Under the pieces are notes generated by a model, which made no database searches, had not been told where the DNA came from, and worked only from the letters and a program-made list of their open reading frames with translations. A DNA stretch of 64,000 bases from Octopus sinensis (lineage: Eukaryota). Made by a program: the position numbers and the translations under genes. The stretch lies in the NCBI RefSeq assembly GCF_006345805.1, contig NW_021836293.1:124001-188000 (forward strand), written 5' to 3'. This document shows, piece by piece, positions 60,280 through 64,000 of the stretch. The first letter of the stretch is position 1; each line of letters begins with the position of its first letter.

Positions 60280-61575
60280 TACAAGGAGGTACCCAAAAGT
60301 AACCAGAAATGTTCTTTGTGGGACAAGCCACTTGTAGTTCAGGTGTACACCACTAGAAGCCACTTGATGCAACCCTCAGGCACCAGTTTGCCAACCAGCA
60401 GTGTCGAGTGTAGTCATAATGCTACATGGTGTGTCTTTGTTTTGCAGTGCTTCTTCCCTGTTCATTAATTTTTGCAATGGTTGAAAAGATGGAACAGCAT
60501 ACTTCTGGGAAATTTTGTTTTCTGCTGGGGTAAACAGTGACTGAAACAGTTATCACGCTTCAAAGAATGCTACCATGAGCAAAACACAAGTTTATGAGTG
60601 GTTTTCCTGCTTTAGGAACGTTCACTTCTTGCTTGAAGACCTACCTTGTTCAGGGCAACTATCAACCTACCGAACAAATGAAAACACCAAGAAAATTCAT
60701 GAACTGATCGTGGAGAATCATCACTGAACAATTGATTGACTTATTGATATGACTGGTGTATCCTGGAGCTCCAGTCAACGAATATTGAGCAAGGAATTGC
60801 AAATGAAAACAGTTGCAGCAAAATTTGTGCCTTGTTTGCACACAAAAGATCAAAAGCAGTAATAACTGAATATGTGTTGTGAACTGAAGTTGATCCAGTT
60901 GGAAGTTGATCCAGACCTTTTTTCGAAGATCATCACTGGTGATGAAAGTTGGTTCTATGACTACAATCCATAAATGAAACAGCAATCAAGTCAATGGAAA
61001 TATTCAGTGTCACCACACCGAATGAAGTCCAATGACAAGATGATGCTGATTTGTTTCATTAATGTGAAAGGAATTGTCCACACAGAATTTGCTCCTGCTG
61101 GTCAAAGAGTTAACCAGACATTTTACTCACCAGTTCTGAAGTGTTTGTGTGATGCAGTGAGACAAAAATGCCCTGACTTGTGGAAAAGTGGAGAGTGGTG
61201 GTTTCATCGCGACAATGTGCCAGCATGTGAGACAGTTTTTGACCGAAAATGGCATGACACCACTTATCCACCCTCCCTATTAATCTGATCTTGCTCCTTG
61301 CAACTTTTGCTTTGTTGCCCCAAATGAAAAAAATTCATAAAGGAAAACATTTTAAAATGTGGAACTGGTGAAGAAAAAAACAATGGAAGCATCAAAAGGC
61401 ATCACTTCACAAGAGTTCCAGAACTGCTTCAAACAGTGGAAAACACATCTGGACCAATGAATTGCTTCAAATGGAGAATACTTTAATAAAAGTGGCAATA
61501 AAAGTGTAAACATGTAAAAGAAAGTAAATGAAATAATACTGCAAAATTCCTGTTTCTTTTGGGTACCCCCTTGTA
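60280..61575 (+). mobile_element. Full-length but inactivated mariner with TIRs and TA duplication
   Basis: TA-CAAGGAGGTACCCAAAAG ... CTTTTGGGTACCCCCTTG-TA, about 1.3 kb; AAKFVP, TGDESWFY, HRDNVPA and HPPY*SDLAP motifs; stops and frameshifts. Confidence 0.93.
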
Positions 61576-62452
61576 CCTTCCCTTGCAAAATAACGGCAAT
61601 GTTCCTCGTAATCATTTGAGATTTTCAAAATACAGCATAGTTGGATACTATGCTGATATATTTTAACCATTTACTGACTACATTTCTAATTAAATACTCT
61701 GTCCATCTGTGTTGATCAAATTTTGTAAACAATCAAGAATTGATAAGCGGTTTAGTGAAACAACTAATCTCTCTGATATTAATCTGGTGTTTGAATCATC
61801 ATCATCATTTTAATGTCCACTTTTACTACATGTATGAGTCAGACAAATTTTATTGAGGCAAATTTTGACAACCCCATTGGTTTCCATGGCCAGATGTGTT
61901 TTCATAGAATACTGGAAATGTAAAACATTGTGTAATAGTTACATCCATTTACAACTATCATGCCATGTCAAACAAGGAGACAACCATACACTTCTTAACC
62001 ACACAGTCATGCTTGTGCCAATCAGGAAATTTGTATCATGGAACCAAAGGTAGTCTCCAGGGAATTAGTAACCTTAAACTTACAAGACATTCTAGAAATA
62101 CATTCAACTAGTAATGGTTCTTTTCTTTATAGACATATGTTAGCGATTGTGTCAGATTATATATTTTCAACCGAGGTTTCACAGTAATAAACATAGCAAC
62201 AACTGAAGTCAACTCACACAAGACTAAATTCAACTTACGTATCTATTTTTTAATTTGAGTCATTTATACACATTTCAACCAGCAGTGTCTTCAGGTATCA
62301 AATGTGATACAGTAATAGTTAAAGAAATATTGTTACTATGATTATTAGGTTACAAATTCGAACCTTGCTCTTATGATGTGTTTCTGAACAAAGTACTTAA
62401 ATCTGACTGAAGAAATAGGTTTATCTTCAATATCTCAATGAAGGGTTTCATG

Positions 62453-62670
62453 AAGGCAGCAAGCTGGCAGAAACGTTAGCATACTGGGCAAAATGCTTAG
62501 TGGTATTTCGTCTGTCTTTATGCTCTGAGTTCAAATTTTACTGAGGTATACTTTGCCTTTCATCTTCTTGGGGTCAATAAATTAGGCACCAGTTGTGTAC
62601 TGGAGTCAATCTAATCAACTGGCCCCCTCCCACAAGATTTCGGGCCTTGCACCTAGGGCAGAAAAGAATC
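62453..62670 (+). mobile_element. SINE family 2 copy
   Basis: Homologous to 27633-27850; imperfect AGGGTT(T)CATGA flanking duplication. Confidence 0.88.
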
Positions 62671-63206
62671 ATAGGGTTCATGATGGATAGAAAGATTATC
62701 TGCTATGAAACTAAATACACCAATAACACAGAAGTATTCTATTGATGATGGTATAATCAAATGAATCTAAAATAAGATGGAAAAGAAAATTTCTGAGGTT
62801 AAAATTCAATGCATAAACATTTATTGCATCTCACTTAAGATGATGAAATATGAGATAAAGTGTTAAAACCTGTGCAAATATATAAAACTGAAATGTTCCA
62901 CTGCAGTAAAGTGAGTTTTAATAACCTAATTAATCTTTAGTACTCAAGTAATATCTCATCATCGGAATATGCAAATGTAATTGAAGTTACATTCATTATC
63001 ACTCTTGTTCTATTGAGAAGCATGCAGTTGGGAGAACGCATTACAGGAAAAAAAATAATGGAACGACAAACCTGAGCAAAATTAATGGTAATGTTAATTC
63101 TTGATGAAAGGATGAAAACAAAATACTGTCTATTTGTATGTGTGCTGCATGTTTTTTATACACCCACTTAATTAATGCCTAATTACCTTTAATACCATTT
63201 TCATAG

Positions 63207-63218
63207 ACATACTTTGCA
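63207..63218 (+). CDS. Candidate 12-nt microexon (ACATACTTTGCA)
   Basis: Branch-like CTAAT about 25 nt upstream, acceptor cctttaataccattttcatag, donor gtaaga, frame-preserving. Confidence 0.35.
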
Positions 63219-64000
63219 GTAAGAGCTTTATCATATGTCTACAGAGATAGTATTAAAGATATTCAATCAATAATATATCCATGAACACGCACTTACACAT
63301 GTTAAATGTCTTAGTTCTCTGCTTTGCCAGAAGAGATACATTGAAATAGTGTACAAACACTTTGATATGTATGCCATTACTAATTCTCATAGTTTTATTT
63401 ATTTTAATTATTTAAATGTTAAAAAAAAGAGCTAATTAAAAGCAGACACTACACTGTATAGATTTATGCAATAAATGAAGCATCAAATTCATAATGGCAA
63501 AACACTTTACTACAAATTTACTTTAATCTAAATATCCAATAAACCAGCCATGTGATACAGTTGAAAATATTTTATACATAACTTCACCTAGTAGGTGTCT
63601 CATGTTTCTATGATTTACAAGTTTTTATTTCTTTCTATATTTCTTGGTCAATGGTATACTTTACCACTGGGTAGTTACTCGGTCAAGAAAAGAATATTTA
63701 AAACATCTTTTGTTATATCTCAAAATATTTCTGAGCATCTTGAACATGCTGGATATTTACAACATGGTTTTCATTTGCATGTATAATTTATTCCTCTCTA
63801 ATTTTAATTTCCCTACTATGTAAGTTAGAATTACAAATGCCTGGGTCAGCTAAATTAAGTAAGGATGGTTGTGTGAATAAGAAGTTCAATCGCATGGTTC
63901 TGGGTACAATTCTACTGACATTGCCCTTGAGTTCACTAATGCTTTCACCATCAGTGTTAGAGCATCCACTTTTCTATGTTTTCAAGGGACAGATGCATGT

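Overview
Eukaryotic, very AT-rich, repeat-dense DNA. The repeat inventory points to a coleoid cephalopod, most likely Octopus (inference from recognised repeats, no search run). That inventory comprises RTE-clade LINEs with (ATG)n tails, R4/Dong-like and Tx1/L1-like LINEs, Penelope-like elements (PLEs), mariners, three abundant SINE-like families and many microsatellites. No intact protein-coding gene or complete transposon ORF can be identified; nearly all ORFs in the supplied track are microsatellite or decayed-transposon artefacts. A CpG-retaining patch at about 24.5-25.3 kb looks like a promoter, possibly bidirectional. Short, well-spliced but unidentifiable exon candidates lie on the minus strand to its left and on the plus strand to its right (low confidence). 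Two signals are not explained by ordinary repeat annotation. (1) A series of long, mutually unrelated fold-back inverted duplications with stems of 33-145 bp and no TSDs. Four cluster at 16.4-24.4 kb and one loops out a microexon-like sequence. (2) Six hammerhead-ribozyme-like motifs of the PLE type from about five sequence families, two of them flanking the CpG patch. All alignments and counts were done by eye.
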